Origin: Nitrososphaeria archaeon
Lineage (GTDB): Archaea; Thermoproteota; Nitrososphaeria; Nitrososphaerales; JAAOZN01
DNA: 64,000 nt
Direction: 5' to 3'
Assembly (NCBI GenBank): GCA_029775855.1
Contig: JARVJZ010000001.1
Location: 300,519-364,518 of the forward strand
Part shown: positions 1 through 10,409 of the stretch, one piece after another
Position numbering within the stretch: the first letter of the stretch is position 1
How the letters are laid out: every line of letters begins with the position of its first letter
The notes under the pieces: generated by a model
The model's input: the letters and a program-made list of their open reading frames with translations, nothing else
Databases searched by the model: none
Told to the model about the DNA's origin: nothing
Program-made: the position numbers and the translations under genes

Positions 1-921
1 CAAGTGGTTGTATGCGCTTAACGCTGCTCTAGCACCATCTCCAGCCGAGATTACTATCTGTTTATATCTGCTGTCTGTTATATCGCCGGCTGCGAAAACT
101 CCTGCTCTGCTCGTGCAGCAGTCTCGATCTGTCTTTACTTTACCATTTTCGTCGAGTTCAACAAATCCTTTAAGGAAATCTGTCTTGGCTTCAAAGCCTA
201 GCTCAATAAAGAGATAGTCAACCTTGATTTCACGTTGAGCTTCTCCAAATGGTCCTTGGACGATGATGGATTCTAGTCTATCTGAGCCTTTAACCTCTGA
301 TACAGATGAGAGAGTTATTAATTCAACGTTTTTCTTATCTTCTAAGAATCTTGTCAGATCTATTGGCTCACCTATTCCACCCCACCAATAAATCAAATAT
401 ACCTTTTCAGCAACTCTAGAAAGTAATGATGTAGATAGGAGAACCCTTTCTCCGAAGCCTACTACAGCAACAACTTTACCTTTGCATTCCTCGAGATCAC
501 AATAGGCACAGTAAGATATACCTCTACCTTCATATTTCTCCTCATCTTTAACCTCTAAGCGCTTAGGAGTTTCGCCGAATGCCAATATGAGTGTATAGCT
601 CTCTATTTCCCCACGTGTAGTCAGTATGTGGAAAATGCTGTTTCCATCCTCCCATACTTTAAGCACTTCTGCAAACACAAAATTAGCACCATAGCTTCTA
701 GCCTGCTGCTCAAATCTGCTCATTAGCTCTAACCCTGTTATCGATAGAAAACCAGGGTAGTTTTCGATGCTTCTACGTGAATAAGGTGAGTTGATTAGCG
801 CTCTCCCTCCTATCTCTCTTGTTATTATAATTGTGCTTAATCCGAGCCTTGAGGTGAAGATTGCTGCAGAGAGCCCAGCGCTACCTCCGCCTACCACCGC
901 AACATCATATATCTCCACCAT
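1..921 (-). CDS. trxB: Thioredoxin reductase-like flavoprotein (3' end runs off the window)
   Basis: Not in the ORF track; manual translation from ATG at 921: MVEIYDVAVVGGGSAGLSAA...IENYPGF...GRGISYCAYCD...GVFAAGDIT...QIVISAGDGARAA. Confidence 0.9.
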   Translation of the reverse strand, partial: MVEIYDVAVVGGGSAGLSAAIFTSRLGLSTIIITREIGGRALINSPYSRRSIENYPGFLSITGLELMSRFEQQARSYGANFVFAEVLKVWEDGNSIFHILTTRGEIESYTLILAFGETPKRLEVKDEEKYEGRGISYCAYCDLEECKGKVVAVVGFGERVLLSTSLLSRVAEKVYLIYWWGGIGEPIDLTRFLEDKKNVELITLSSVSEVKGSDRLESIIVQGPFGEAQREIKVDYLFIELGFEAKTDFLKGFVELDENGKVKTDRDCCTSRAGVFAAGDITDSRYKQIVISAGDGARAALSAYNHL

Positions 922-1045
922 TTTCTATACCCAACTAATCAGAAATAAAAAAAGTAAAAAGGTTACTATTAAACTTTATATTAAAAATTCAATGAAATAT
1001 AGTTAACATTAAATACTCCTCAAGCAAAGAGAATAATAGATATCT

Positions 1046-3628
1046 ATGCACACACTTGAAAAGATCAAAAAAGATGAGATATGGCAAGACGAATGGATAC
1101 CAACCGTATGCAGCATGTGTCTACATCATTGCGGAGTGCTTGTACACGTTGTAAATGGTGTCGCTATCAAAGTTGACCCAGACCCAGATTGCCCAGATAA
1201 CGAAGGGCATAACTGCGCAAAAGCACAAGGTCTTTTACTTAAGCAGTATGATCCGCATAGGATTACGAAGCCTCTTATGCGCACAAACTCTGAAAAGGGT
1301 GTCGGTGTAGATCCGAAGTGGAAGGAGATAACTTGGGATGAAGCTTGGTCGATAATAGTTGAGAAGTTCAAGAGGATCTTAAAGGAGGATCCACGTAAAC
1401 TACTATATGCGGGTACAGACTTCAGAAGAAGCTGGATTTGGGCTTGGGGCGGCGCGGTCTTCGGCACACCTAACGGCTTCTTTAGCGATGTAGGAACTAC
1501 TTGTGGTGGAGGCTACCATCCAGTGAACGGGATAATGTTCGGCTCCTTCGCAACACAGCCAGACTGGTACCGCTGCAACTATCTTCTTCAGATTGGGGGT
1601 GGTGATGGGTTTGAGTCGCATCTACATTTAGCGGGTAATGCGAAGAGGTGTGCTGACGCTAGAATGAGGGGTATGAAGGTTGTCTCAGTAGATCCGAGGA
1701 TGGCTACCGTATCCGTGAAGGCTGATGAGTGGATACCGATAAGGCCTGGAACAGACGGATGCTTTGTTCTATCACTCATGTACGTGATGGTGCACGAGCT
1801 TGGAAAGTATGATAAGGAGTTTCTTAAGAAGCGTACAAATGCGCCATACCTCATAGGAGCAGATGGCTATTACGTCAGAGATAGGGATAGTAAGAAGCCT
1901 CTAATATGGGATCCAATAGATCAGAAGCCTAAGCCCTTCAACGACAAGTCGATAAAAGACTTCGCACTCCTAGGAACATATTTTGTTGATGGCGTAGAAT
2001 GCAAACCAGCCTTCCAACTTCTATTTGATAAACTCAAAGAATACCCACCTGAAAAGGCTGAGAAGATAACCACAGTACCAGCGTCCACAATAAGGAGAAT
2101 CGCAAAAGAGTTTGTTGAAGCGGCGAGAATAGGTGAAACCATAGTCATAGATGGGGTGGAATACCCGTATAGACCAGCTTGTCTACAGTGGTATCGAGGA
2201 GCACACGCACACGAGCACTCATGGCTCGACAACCTCGCGTTCAAAACCTTGAACCTACTCGTAGGAAACACAGATATGCCAGGTGGGCACCTAAACATAC
2301 CCCTAGGTTGGGACCCACATATAGATGCTTGGAGCTTGAAGTATCTTGGTAGACCGGGTCCGTCTTGGAACTTTGTCGAGCCTGATGAGGATGGTGTAAC
2401 TAAGCCTTGGCTCTACGAGCTTAGACCACCTGTGCCATTCAAGTATCCTCCAGATCATCTGGATCTGCTTGAATATCTGCCTGTTGCTGTTGAGCCAGGG
2501 CACATATACCCTGAGGCTATTCTTAACCCCGATAGGTTTGGCATCACATATAGGCCTGAGGCTGCGCTCTTCATACACGCTAATCCCGTGTGGAACATAC
2601 CCGAGTCGTTCAAGACCATAGAAGCCATCAAAAAGCTCGACTTAGTGGTTGCTATGGATGTTCAAGCTGTGAGCGAAACAACCTCTTTAGCCGATATCGT
2701 GCTACCAGACTACACCTACCTCGAAGCCTGGGGCATAGAGCACTGTGAAACACCCTTCATATGGGGACACATACTCAGACGCCCAGTGCTTAAACCTCCA
2801 GAAACATGCATGGACGCTACGGACTTTCTAACAGAACTCTCAGATAGGCTCGGAATCTTAGATAAGTGGAATGGATTCTTGAACTGGCGCTTCATAGCGC
2901 CGTTCGGTAAGAATGAGTATCTGCTTGAACCTAATAGGAAGTATAGGGTTGAGGAGTTTCTTGATAGGTGGATGAGGGCGCAGCACGGCGTCGGCTTAGA
3001 CTGGTTCATCGAGCATAAGTGGAATATGAGGAAGAAGACCCCTAAGGAGCTCTACTGGCCTTATGGTGATACGAGGATACCTCTATACGTTATGTGTGTG
3101 AAGCAGTATGGTGATGAGCTTAGGAAGCAGTTTGCGGAGCTAGGCTACCCGAAGGATTGGATGAAGAATTGGTGCGACGACTACCTACCGCTACCAGAGT
3201 GGAAGCCCTCCAAGATACACAACCCAGATTCAGAATACGACCTATACATGATATACTACAAGCTCCCGCATATAACATTCAGCGACTTGGCTACAGGCGC
3301 TTGGATCTCGGAGGTGCTGCAGAAGAGAGCAGACATAGTCAGAGTTCAGATAAACACTCAAACCGCTAGGAAGAAGGGGCTCAAAGACGGAGACAAAGTG
3401 ATAATAAGATCCAAAACGGCGCAGATGAAGGCTATAGTGCACGTCACTGAAGGTGTCCATCCAGATGTGGTAGCAGTAAGCAACGCAGGCAAATGGGTCA
3501 AACACCCTTGGGCGATAAACTATGCACCAACCTCAAGCGCCCTACTACAAGGAGGCGTAGACTTTACATGCAAGGTCTCAGGATGCCCAGAAACCGCGAC
3601 TAGAGTTACAATTGAGAAGGAGGCTTAA
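1046..3628 (+). CDS. DMSO-reductase-family molybdopterin oxidoreductase catalytic subunit, resembling phenylacetyl-CoA:acceptor oxidoreductase PadB; no Tat signal
   Basis: N-terminal CSMCLHHC...C Fe-S motif, YDPHRITKPLMRTN, ADEWIPIRPGTD, ADIVLPD..YLE, C-terminal molybdopterin dinucleotide-binding domain. Confidence 0.9.
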   Translation: MHTLEKIKKDEIWQDEWIPTVCSMCLHHCGVLVHVVNGVAIKVDPDPDCPDNEGHNCAKAQGLLLKQYDPHRITKPLMRTNSEKGVGVDPKWKEITWDEAWSIIVEKFKRILKEDPRKLLYAGTDFRRSWIWAWGGAVFGTPNGFFSDVGTTCGGGYHPVNGIMFGSFATQPDWYRCNYLLQIGGGDGFESHLHLAGNAKRCADARMRGMKVVSVDPRMATVSVKADEWIPIRPGTDGCFVLSLMYVMVHELGKYDKEFLKKRTNAPYLIGADGYYVRDRDSKKPLIWDPIDQKPKPFNDKSIKDFALLGTYFVDGVECKPAFQLLFDKLKEYPPEKAEKITTVPASTIRRIAKEFVEAARIGETIVIDGVEYPYRPACLQWYRGAHAHEHSWLDNLAFKTLNLLVGNTDMPGGHLNIPLGWDPHIDAWSLKYLGRPGPSWNFVEPDEDGVTKPWLYELRPPVPFKYPPDHLDLLEYLPVAVEPGHIYPEAILNPDRFGITYRPEAALFIHANPVWNIPESFKTIEAIKKLDLVVAMDVQAVSETTSLADIVLPDYTYLEAWGIEHCETPFIWGHILRRPVLKPPETCMDATDFLTELSDRLGILDKWNGFLNWRFIAPFGKNEYLLEPNRKYRVEEFLDRWMRAQHGVGLDWFIEHKWNMRKKTPKELYWPYGDTRIPLYVMCVKQYGDELRKQFAELGYPKDWMKNWCDDYLPLPEWKPSKIHNPDSEYDLYMIYYKLPHITFSDLATGAWISEVLQKRADIVRVQINTQTARKKGLKDGDKVIIRSKTAQMKAIVHVTEGVHPDVVAVSNAGKWVKHPWAINYAPTSSALLQGGVDFTCKVSGCPETATRVTIEKEA

Positions 3629-3631
3629 ACC

Positions 3632-4243
3632 TTGGTTAGGCTTGGGATGATAATCGACCTAAAGAGGTGCATAGGCTGCGACAGCTGCACACTAGCCTGC
3701 AAAGCAGAGCAAGGCACACCAAAAGGTGTACTCTTTTCACGTGTCTACCGTAAACTTTACGGCGAGTACCCTAGGGTGAAGGGATTCTTTCTACCAGTGC
3801 TATGTAACCATTGTGAGAACCCCTCATGCGAGAAAGCTTGTCCAACAAGAGCGATCTACCGAACAAAGGATGGTGTAGTGCTCATAGATGAGGAAAAGTG
3901 CTCTGGTGTTAGAGCTTGCGTTTCAGCCTGCCCATATGGCGCCATATTCTTCCCTCTTGAAGATGGGTACTTCCCAAATAAGATGACAGTATACGAGGAG
4001 TTTCATAACAAGTATAGGAAGAAGGATATAGCGTTAAAGTGTAACCTATGCTACCATAGGCTTAAGGAGGGGAAGGAGCCTGCTTGTGTCGTAGCCTGCC
4101 CCACAGAATGCAGAATCTTTGGAGACTTGGATGACCCGAACAGCAAACCCAACAGATATATACGTGAAAGGAAGCCGCAAGTTAAACCCTTACCTCTCAG
4201 ACCTGAAACTGGAAATAAACCTAAGGTACTCTACCTACCCTAA
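3632..4243 (+). CDS. 4Fe-4S dicluster electron-transfer subunit (PadC/DmsB/NrfC-like)
   Basis: CIGCDSCTLAC, CNHCENPSCEKACP, CSGVRACVSACP, KCNLC...PACVVACP; directly after the Mo subunit. Confidence 0.92.
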   Translation: MVRLGMIIDLKRCIGCDSCTLACKAEQGTPKGVLFSRVYRKLYGEYPRVKGFFLPVLCNHCENPSCEKACPTRAIYRTKDGVVLIDEEKCSGVRACVSACPYGAIFFPLEDGYFPNKMTVYEEFHNKYRKKDIALKCNLCYHRLKEGKEPACVVACPTECRIFGDLDDPNSKPNRYIRERKPQVKPLPLRPETGNKPKVLYLP

Positions 4244-4252
4244 GACCCTCTT

Positions 4253-5026
4253 TTATTCTAATCCTTCTTTAGGTCGAGTTGAAGCGATCTTCGCTGAGCT
4301 AAGGTAAAACGATTCAAGAGCATAATCTGTAAGCTCTTCGCCTTTAAAGTCAATTAATATGTTTCTCTTTTCGAGCTCAACCCTAAATCTTTCAAAGAAC
4401 TTTGCGTAAGGCGCGACCGCAACATGCATAAACTTTGTAAAGGGCATCGCTAAGAGCGAAGCCGCTACAGCAATAAGATGCAGCACATAAATAGTAAAGT
4501 CCATAGAGAAGGCTGGCTCCACAGCACCGTAATACTTCATTAGAAAACCTGTTCCAACAGCTGCACATAATAAAGCTAGGAATGGGCCGTCAGCGTAAGG
4601 GCTTGTCGTCTCACGCTTACCTTGTAGAAAACGTATTAACGCCAGAAGCCCACCTACAAGCACAGCAACTACACCCATAGTATTTAGAGACCAAAGAAGG
4701 TCTGTAGGTGGTGTTGTGCTGACCTCAGGTCCAAATCCATACATAATTAATGCCGCTATGAAGATTGCTACTGAACCCCAGAATATGAGCATATGCTTAA
4801 GCCATCTAAGTTTATGGGTTGAGAAGAGAGGCGTTAAAAGGAAGACGTCGAGCACCAATGTTTGGAAGAAGACTTTCACTTTTAGGCTGAAGCTTAGTTT
4901 TTCTATTTCATCCATCATACGTTCAGGAATAGCGTTTCTATGCAACCTATCTATTCTGTAAATCAACCATAAACCAATTATGATTGTTAAGAACACGCCT
5001 TCCCTGCAGACCAAGCCATTCATCAC
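4253..5026 (-). CDS. NarI/HdrE-like membrane protein, putative b-type cytochrome
   Basis: About 5 hydrophobic helices; RWLKHMLIFWG, VLHL and MPFTKFMH motifs. Confidence 0.65.
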   Translation of the reverse strand: MMNGLVCREGVFLTIIIGLWLIYRIDRLHRNAIPERMMDEIEKLSFSLKVKVFFQTLVLDVFLLTPLFSTHKLRWLKHMLIFWGSVAIFIAALIMYGFGPEVSTTPPTDLLWSLNTMGVVAVLVGGLLALIRFLQGKRETTSPYADGPFLALLCAAVGTGFLMKYYGAVEPAFSMDFTIYVLHLIAVAASLLAMPFTKFMHVAVAPYAKFFERFRVELEKRNILIDFKGEELTDYALESFYLSSAKIASTRPKEGLE

Positions 5027-5215
5027 AGCTTAAATCTCCTATAAAAGAGTTTTGGCTTAGTAAAAATTGATACATAATATTCTTCGTAGATTGTATTGGT
5101 TATATTGGTGTGTATATTGTAGTATTTTTGAATGTTCTGATATGAATTGACATCCAAGACTAAAAGCAAAAATGTTATATGCAGAATTTGTAAGAGTAAT
5201 AAGTTCGGATAGAAT

Positions 5216-5704
5216 ATGTCAGATAGAAACGATGCTTCTGAAGATTTTAAAACTTCACGCAGAAATGCTATAAAAGGTATGCTAACCATCTCAGGTTTAT
5301 CCCTACTTAGCGTACTTAGCTTCGGAAGCTATATAGCAAAAGAAAGAAAAGTTGTTTATGAAAAGATCAGAATCGCAAACATAAAAGATGTCCCTAAAGG
5401 CACAGCTTACACATTCAACTATCCGTTCAGCGACCTAAATCAAGTAGATATATCAGGGCCTTGCATGTTAATTCACCTACCTAATGGTGAGTTGAAGGCA
5501 TATTCATCAATATGCACACATCTCCGTTGCATAGTAAGATATAGTGAAGAAAATAATATCATACAATGCTTATGCCACGGTGGGAAATTTGATCCCCAGA
5601 CTGGCTCAGTCCTCTCAGGTCCTCCAAAAAGACCTTTGCCAGAGGTTAACTTGATTGTGGATTCTAACGGCGACGTATATGCTACTGGTGTAAAAATATT
5701 GTAG
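5216..5704 (+). CDS. Rieske [2Fe-2S] protein of a Rieske/cytochrome b complex
   Basis: Tat-like SRRNAIKG plus TM helix; CTHLRC and CLCHGG boxes; GPPKRPL. Confidence 0.93.
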   Translation: MSDRNDASEDFKTSRRNAIKGMLTISGLSLLSVLSFGSYIAKERKVVYEKIRIANIKDVPKGTAYTFNYPFSDLNQVDISGPCMLIHLPNGELKAYSSICTHLRCIVRYSEENNIIQCLCHGGKFDPQTGSVLSGPPKRPLPEVNLIVDSNGDVYATGVKIL

Positions 5705-5717
5705 AAGGTGTGTTGGA

Positions 5718-7106
5718 TTGAGTGAAGAGGAGAAGGGTGTTAAAGGGTGGTTTGATCTTCGTCTCCGTCTTAGAAACTTCTTAGACCGTGATACGCCTAA
5801 GTATTCTACTAACCCACTTTACGGCTTAGGCGGCTTAGCCTTAGCTTGTGGAATAATAGTGATAATCACAGGTTGGCTCTTATCAATCTATTATGAGCCG
5901 TCTCTAGAACACGCTTTCGAGAGTGTCAGAAGAATATCAGAAGAGATTCCTTATGGTAGTGTTATACGCTCTATACATAGATATGGAGCTGATCTTATCA
6001 TCATATTTGCTATAATGCACTTCCTACGCGTCTTCTTCACAGCCTCCTATAGAAAGCCTAGGGACTTAACCTACATCATAGGGATCTTAGCCGGTATAGC
6101 TATTGTGTTAACATCTTATGCTGGGTACTCTCTTCCATTGAACGAAGTTTCAGTTGCTGCAACATATATAGGTGTAGGTCTAATACTGTCTATACCATTT
6201 ATCGGTAATTGGCTTACGTCAGTCCTTCTTGGAGGTGGCGGATTAAATGACATATTAAGTAGATACTACACCTACCACCTGGCGGTACTCCCAGCGGTAA
6301 TTGTGCTCTTGCTTCTAATACACTTCTACCTAGTAAGAACACATCGAGTCTCTGAACCGTATAGCAGCAAACAAGACACAACACCAGTACCGTTCTACCC
6401 TAATTTACTCCTAACCGAGATTTCAGCAATATTTCTACTTGTAGGCATATTGATTGTGGTAAGCAGCATCTTCCCAGTACCAGTAGGAGAAAGGTTTGAC
6501 CCAACAAAGCCTACAGGTATAATAGAGCCAGAATGGTATCTACTAGCTACTTATGCGCTGATAAAGACTGGACTACCAGTATTTGAGTCAGGAATTTTAT
6601 TCACAGCAGCTATATTACTCATCCTCATCTGCATCCCGTTTATAGATATCGGAGGAAATAGGCATCCTAAGTACAGACCTTTCTACACAGCATTAGGTAT
6701 AACTCTAGCTCTTGAGTTCCTAATATTTACAATCTGGGGGTATGTTACGCCGGGTCAAACAATACCGTTAAGCGGCGCAATAACAGTAGGCGTCGGGGTG
6801 GCTGCAGCAGTTTTCATAGCGTCTCTTATCTTAAGATATAGGGTACCTATGAGCAGCGTTGAGGCAGAGGTAACTCTACCCATAACCTCTTCAAGCAGCA
6901 ATTCTACACCAAGTTGGATTACACCCACAGCCGCTTTGCTAACCGCTGTAAGCATAATACTAGCTGCGGCGGCAGTCTATTACCACGTGTCTGGACTTTG
7001 GTTGAATACAGCGCTGCTAGTGGGCTTAGATTTCATAGTCTTCTCAGCTTTCCTCTACATCTATAGAGCAGCCTACTACCCCTACGTAAGCAGAAGAATT
7101 GGCTGA
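5718..7106 (+). CDS. Cytochrome b subunit (b plus subunit IV fused) of a Rieske/cytochrome b complex
   Basis: RSIHRYGA...MHFLRVF, YHLAVLP...IHFYL heme ligands; PEWY Qo motif. Confidence 0.93.
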   Translation: MSEEEKGVKGWFDLRLRLRNFLDRDTPKYSTNPLYGLGGLALACGIIVIITGWLLSIYYEPSLEHAFESVRRISEEIPYGSVIRSIHRYGADLIIIFAIMHFLRVFFTASYRKPRDLTYIIGILAGIAIVLTSYAGYSLPLNEVSVAATYIGVGLILSIPFIGNWLTSVLLGGGGLNDILSRYYTYHLAVLPAVIVLLLLIHFYLVRTHRVSEPYSSKQDTTPVPFYPNLLLTEISAIFLLVGILIVVSSIFPVPVGERFDPTKPTGIIEPEWYLLATYALIKTGLPVFESGILFTAAILLILICIPFIDIGGNRHPKYRPFYTALGITLALEFLIFTIWGYVTPGQTIPLSGAITVGVGVAAAVFIASLILRYRVPMSSVEAEVTLPITSSSSNSTPSWITPTAALLTAVSIILAAAAVYYHVSGLWLNTALLVGLDFIVFSAFLYIYRAAYYPYVSRRIG

Positions 7107-8663
7107 CTATATCTCACCCTTCTTTACATCCTCTAATATAACCTTTACAGCGTTGTGCCCAGGTGCTCCGCTTACACCTCCTCCTGGATGGGTTGAAGCG
7201 CTGCACATGTAGAGACCTTTGATGGGTGTGCGGTAGTTTGACCATCCTGGGAAGGGGCGTAGAGCCATAGATTGATCAAGAGTTGCGCTTCCTATGCATG
7301 GGTCGCCGAGGATTATGTTTGGGGCTATGTTCTGAATGTCTTCTGGTGAGTGAACTACTCTCTTTAGTATGATGTTTTTGATGTTTGGTGCGTATTCTGA
7401 GATTACATCTATGGCCCTATCTGCAAACCTTTCTTTTACTTCGCTCCACTCGCCTCGAGCTAGTTTCGCTGGCGCTCTCACGAAAGCCCAAAGAATGTGC
7501 TTCCCTTGAGGTGCCCTTGACGGATCATATACGGTTGTGTTATCTATAGTTATAAATGGGCGCTTAGGCGGAATACCGTTACTACATTGATTATATGCCT
7601 CTGAAATGTAGCGAAGCGATGGCCCTAACTGAACTATTCCAGCCTTCTGTAAATCTTTTGGCTTGTAATCGAGCCAAGCATCTAGCGCTGCGTGCACCAT
7701 AACCTCTGTAACTCTAGCGTATCTAAAGCGCTCAACTTTTTTAATAAAGCTCGGTTCAAGATGCTCTTTACCTACTAAGTTAAAGAATAGGGTCTTAGGT
7801 TCAACGTTAGATAAGATGCCACGTTTAGCCTCGATCTCCTGTCCGTTCCTTAGCTTTACACCTTTAGCCGCGGCGTCTTTAACCACTATCTCAATGACTT
7901 CAGCGTTCTTAGCGATAATACCACCATGAGCTTGGAAGCATAGAGCTAACGCATCTGCTAAAGTTTTGATTCCGCCAACAGGTATGCCGCAACCCTTTTC
8001 TTGTAGAAGCCCATAGAAGACCAAGATTATAGGCACACTACCACTGTCTTCAGGAGCGTAAGGCACGTGATTGCAAGCCCATAGAGCTAGAAAAGCCTTA
8101 ACTTCTTCAGACTCAAAATTCTCATCCAGATAATCTCTTGCAGACATGAACATGAGCCTTATGAATTCTCTTCCCTCTTCACTTTCTTCTAGAAGCGTCA
8201 TAAGCGTGCCTAAAGGCAAAGGAGGGCCATAGAGACCACTAAGGAGCGTGTCCTTGCTATTCAAGTAGAAGTTATAAAGATCCTCAAGCGCTTTTGCATC
8301 CTTCTTAGAATAGCGTTCAACTGTTTTGTAAGTCAGCTTTGGATCCTTATAGATCATTATGGCTGAGCCGCCCTTAAAAGGTGTTCCAGCAACAGGCTCA
8401 GGGTTCAACTCTCTGTAGCCAAATCTTTCGAGCTCGAGTTCCTGCTGTATAGGTCCCGCCTTAAAGATGTTGATAGAGGTTGCTAAAACGTCGTGCTTGA
8501 AACCTGGTAGTGTAATTTCTTCAGTTATTGCGCCTCCTCCAACCGCATCCTTCTTCTCCAAAAGTAGTGTTTTAAAGCCAGCCTTAGCCAAGTAGCAAGC
8601 CGCTGTTAAACCGTTAATGCCTCCTCCTATTACTATGAAGTCAAATAAAGCTGCAGAAGCCAT
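7107..8663 (-). CDS. Phytoene-desaturase-like FAD-dependent oxidoreductase (COG1233)
   Basis: IGGGINGL, GGGAITEEITLPGFKHD, YRTPIKGLYMCSASTHPGGGVSGAPGHNA; ATG at 8663 preferred over TTG at 8681. Confidence 0.88.
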   Translation of the reverse strand: MASAALFDFIVIGGGINGLTAACYLAKAGFKTLLLEKKDAVGGGAITEEITLPGFKHDVLATSINIFKAGPIQQELELERFGYRELNPEPVAGTPFKGGSAIMIYKDPKLTYKTVERYSKKDAKALEDLYNFYLNSKDTLLSGLYGPPLPLGTLMTLLEESEEGREFIRLMFMSARDYLDENFESEEVKAFLALWACNHVPYAPEDSGSVPIILVFYGLLQEKGCGIPVGGIKTLADALALCFQAHGGIIAKNAEVIEIVVKDAAAKGVKLRNGQEIEAKRGILSNVEPKTLFFNLVGKEHLEPSFIKKVERFRYARVTEVMVHAALDAWLDYKPKDLQKAGIVQLGPSLRYISEAYNQCSNGIPPKRPFITIDNTTVYDPSRAPQGKHILWAFVRAPAKLARGEWSEVKERFADRAIDVISEYAPNIKNIILKRVVHSPEDIQNIAPNIILGDPCIGSATLDQSMALRPFPGWSNYRTPIKGLYMCSASTHPGGGVSGAPGHNAVKVILEDVKKGEI

Positions 8664-8775
8664 AAACTTCAACACCTTCAAATTACTATATTAATTTTAC
8701 GAGTCTCAATTAAGCTCTAAACTACATAAGGAACAAAAAGAGAAAAGGTGGAGAGAGACTCCACCGCTGAGTAAT

Positions 8776-10227
8776 CTACTCAAAAGGCGCTGGATAGACG
8801 TGCCTACCCGTCCTTATCTCAGGAGGCCAGAGTATGACCCGTTTACCATTCTGCCACTGCACAGGGAAGGCCCTTATCAACCCAGCACCAACAGCTTTGT
8901 ATTGTGGATCGTCAAGGAACCATGGGCCTGGTTCGTGCCAAGCTCTATGTGGACCTGCGATAGTCAGTATATGCATCTCGTCAAGCGCCTTCCTTATCTT
9001 CTCCTTGTCAAGTGAGCCAGCTATTTCAATAGCCTTAGCAGCCATCTCCAAGCCGAAGAAAGCGATAGTAACCCAGGGCCAGTCAAAGTCTGTGTACCCC
9101 GCCTCTTTTTGAACCTGCTCGTAGAACCGTTTACTCCAGACTCCTTGATACGGTAGCTCTTCGTGCCAATAGAGGTCTGCTGTTATCCAGTTTTCAAGCC
9201 CACCCATAGCTTTAGCTACAGGTCCTAAGGCTCCAAAGCAGGGATGGAAGTCTTTGGGTTTGAATCCTAATGCTCTAGCTTGCTTCCAGAATGTAGCTTG
9301 AAGTATCCCTGTTGGGTCGCACATCGAGACAACATCTGGGTTCCACTCTTTTAGTTTGGTTATTATTGGTGTGAAGTCTGTTGTTTCAAAGGTGTACTTT
9401 AGCTGCCCGAGTACATTGAAGCCCATTCTCGAGGCTATCTCCATTCCACCGCCATTAACTTCGTTTCCGAATGGTTCGTCGCTGTTTATGAAAGCAATGC
9501 TCTTTGCTTTTCCTTCATCCTTTAACATCTCAAGGTAGTTGAGAAGCCATTTAGGCATTATATCAAGAGAACCAAAGACCCATTTCTTATTGAATATAGG
9601 TACCTCGGCAGCCTGTAAGTCTATTTCAGGCACACCGTATCTTTCACAGATCGTTGCAGCTGGGAAGGCGTTTACAGCAGTCATCGGCCCCATGGCTATA
9701 TCTATCTTATCTTCGGTGCATAGCTTAGTGTAATATTTCTCGACCGTGGGTGGATCACTCTTGTCGTCGTACCATATCACTTGCACAGGTAGATGCCTAC
9801 CATACTCCTCTACATATATGCCACCATATTTTTCGTTAACCAACTTGGCCCAAGCATCATACATCTTACCCTGTACACCAGTAGAAGATGAGAAGATTCC
9901 TGTGACACAGACCGTACCACCTATCTTTATCACTCTTGGCGCTGCTTCTATGCGCGCAGCAGTAACTGTTTGTGTGACTGTGGTTGCTGGTGCGGTTACT
10001 GTGGTGGTTACGGTTTGAGGTGCCGCTGTGGCTGCTGTAACTGTTGTTGTTTTTGTTTCTGTAACGGTGGCTGGTGGTGCAGCTGATTGACCAGCCAGAT
10101 ATCCTCCTACTGCGCCAACTACAAGTCCTCCTACTATGCCTCCCGCTGCAGCCGCTGTTGAGACGCCGAGAAACTTTCTGCGTGAGATCTTGTGTTTTTC
10201 CTCAAGCTCATCTTTCTTGCTAGGCAT
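8776..10227 (-). CDS. Liv/HAAT-family ABC transporter substrate-binding protein with Tat signal and Thr-rich linker
   Basis: SRRKFLG, TM helix, Thr/Ala-rich linker, YDDKSDP, AIEIAGSLDKEKIRKAL, VQWQNGK..LWP. Confidence 0.88.
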   Translation of the reverse strand: MPSKKDELEEKHKISRRKFLGVSTAAAAGGIVGGLVVGAVGGYLAGQSAAPPATVTETKTTTVTAATAAPQTVTTTVTAPATTVTQTVTAARIEAAPRVIKIGGTVCVTGIFSSSTGVQGKMYDAWAKLVNEKYGGIYVEEYGRHLPVQVIWYDDKSDPPTVEKYYTKLCTEDKIDIAMGPMTAVNAFPAATICERYGVPEIDLQAAEVPIFNKKWVFGSLDIMPKWLLNYLEMLKDEGKAKSIAFINSDEPFGNEVNGGGMEIASRMGFNVLGQLKYTFETTDFTPIITKLKEWNPDVVSMCDPTGILQATFWKQARALGFKPKDFHPCFGALGPVAKAMGGLENWITADLYWHEELPYQGVWSKRFYEQVQKEAGYTDFDWPWVTIAFFGLEMAAKAIEIAGSLDKEKIRKALDEMHILTIAGPHRAWHEPGPWFLDDPQYKAVGAGLIRAFPVQWQNGKRVILWPPEIRTGRHVYPAPFE

Positions 10228-10409
10228 ACCTTTATTCGTATCTTGATACTATATATAAACTTACCGTCAAATCGAATAAAGTTAATGAAAGTTAAGATAA
10301 CAACCGATTTTCCGTAAATAAATTAAGCGCGAATGCATAAATTTGTTAAATATGTAAAGCGTCGCAGAGCATCAGTTTTTAAAGAGCCTTTTAACCATAC
10401 TGTATAGGT

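Noticed and set aside
5023-5289. 88-aa minus-strand ORF
   Set aside because: It spans the AT-rich divergent promoter region and overlaps the Rieske start; no motifs.
9955-10080. Repetitive GTT/GGT/GCT-rich tract
   Set aside because: It encodes the Thr/Ala-rich linker common in archaeal binding proteins.
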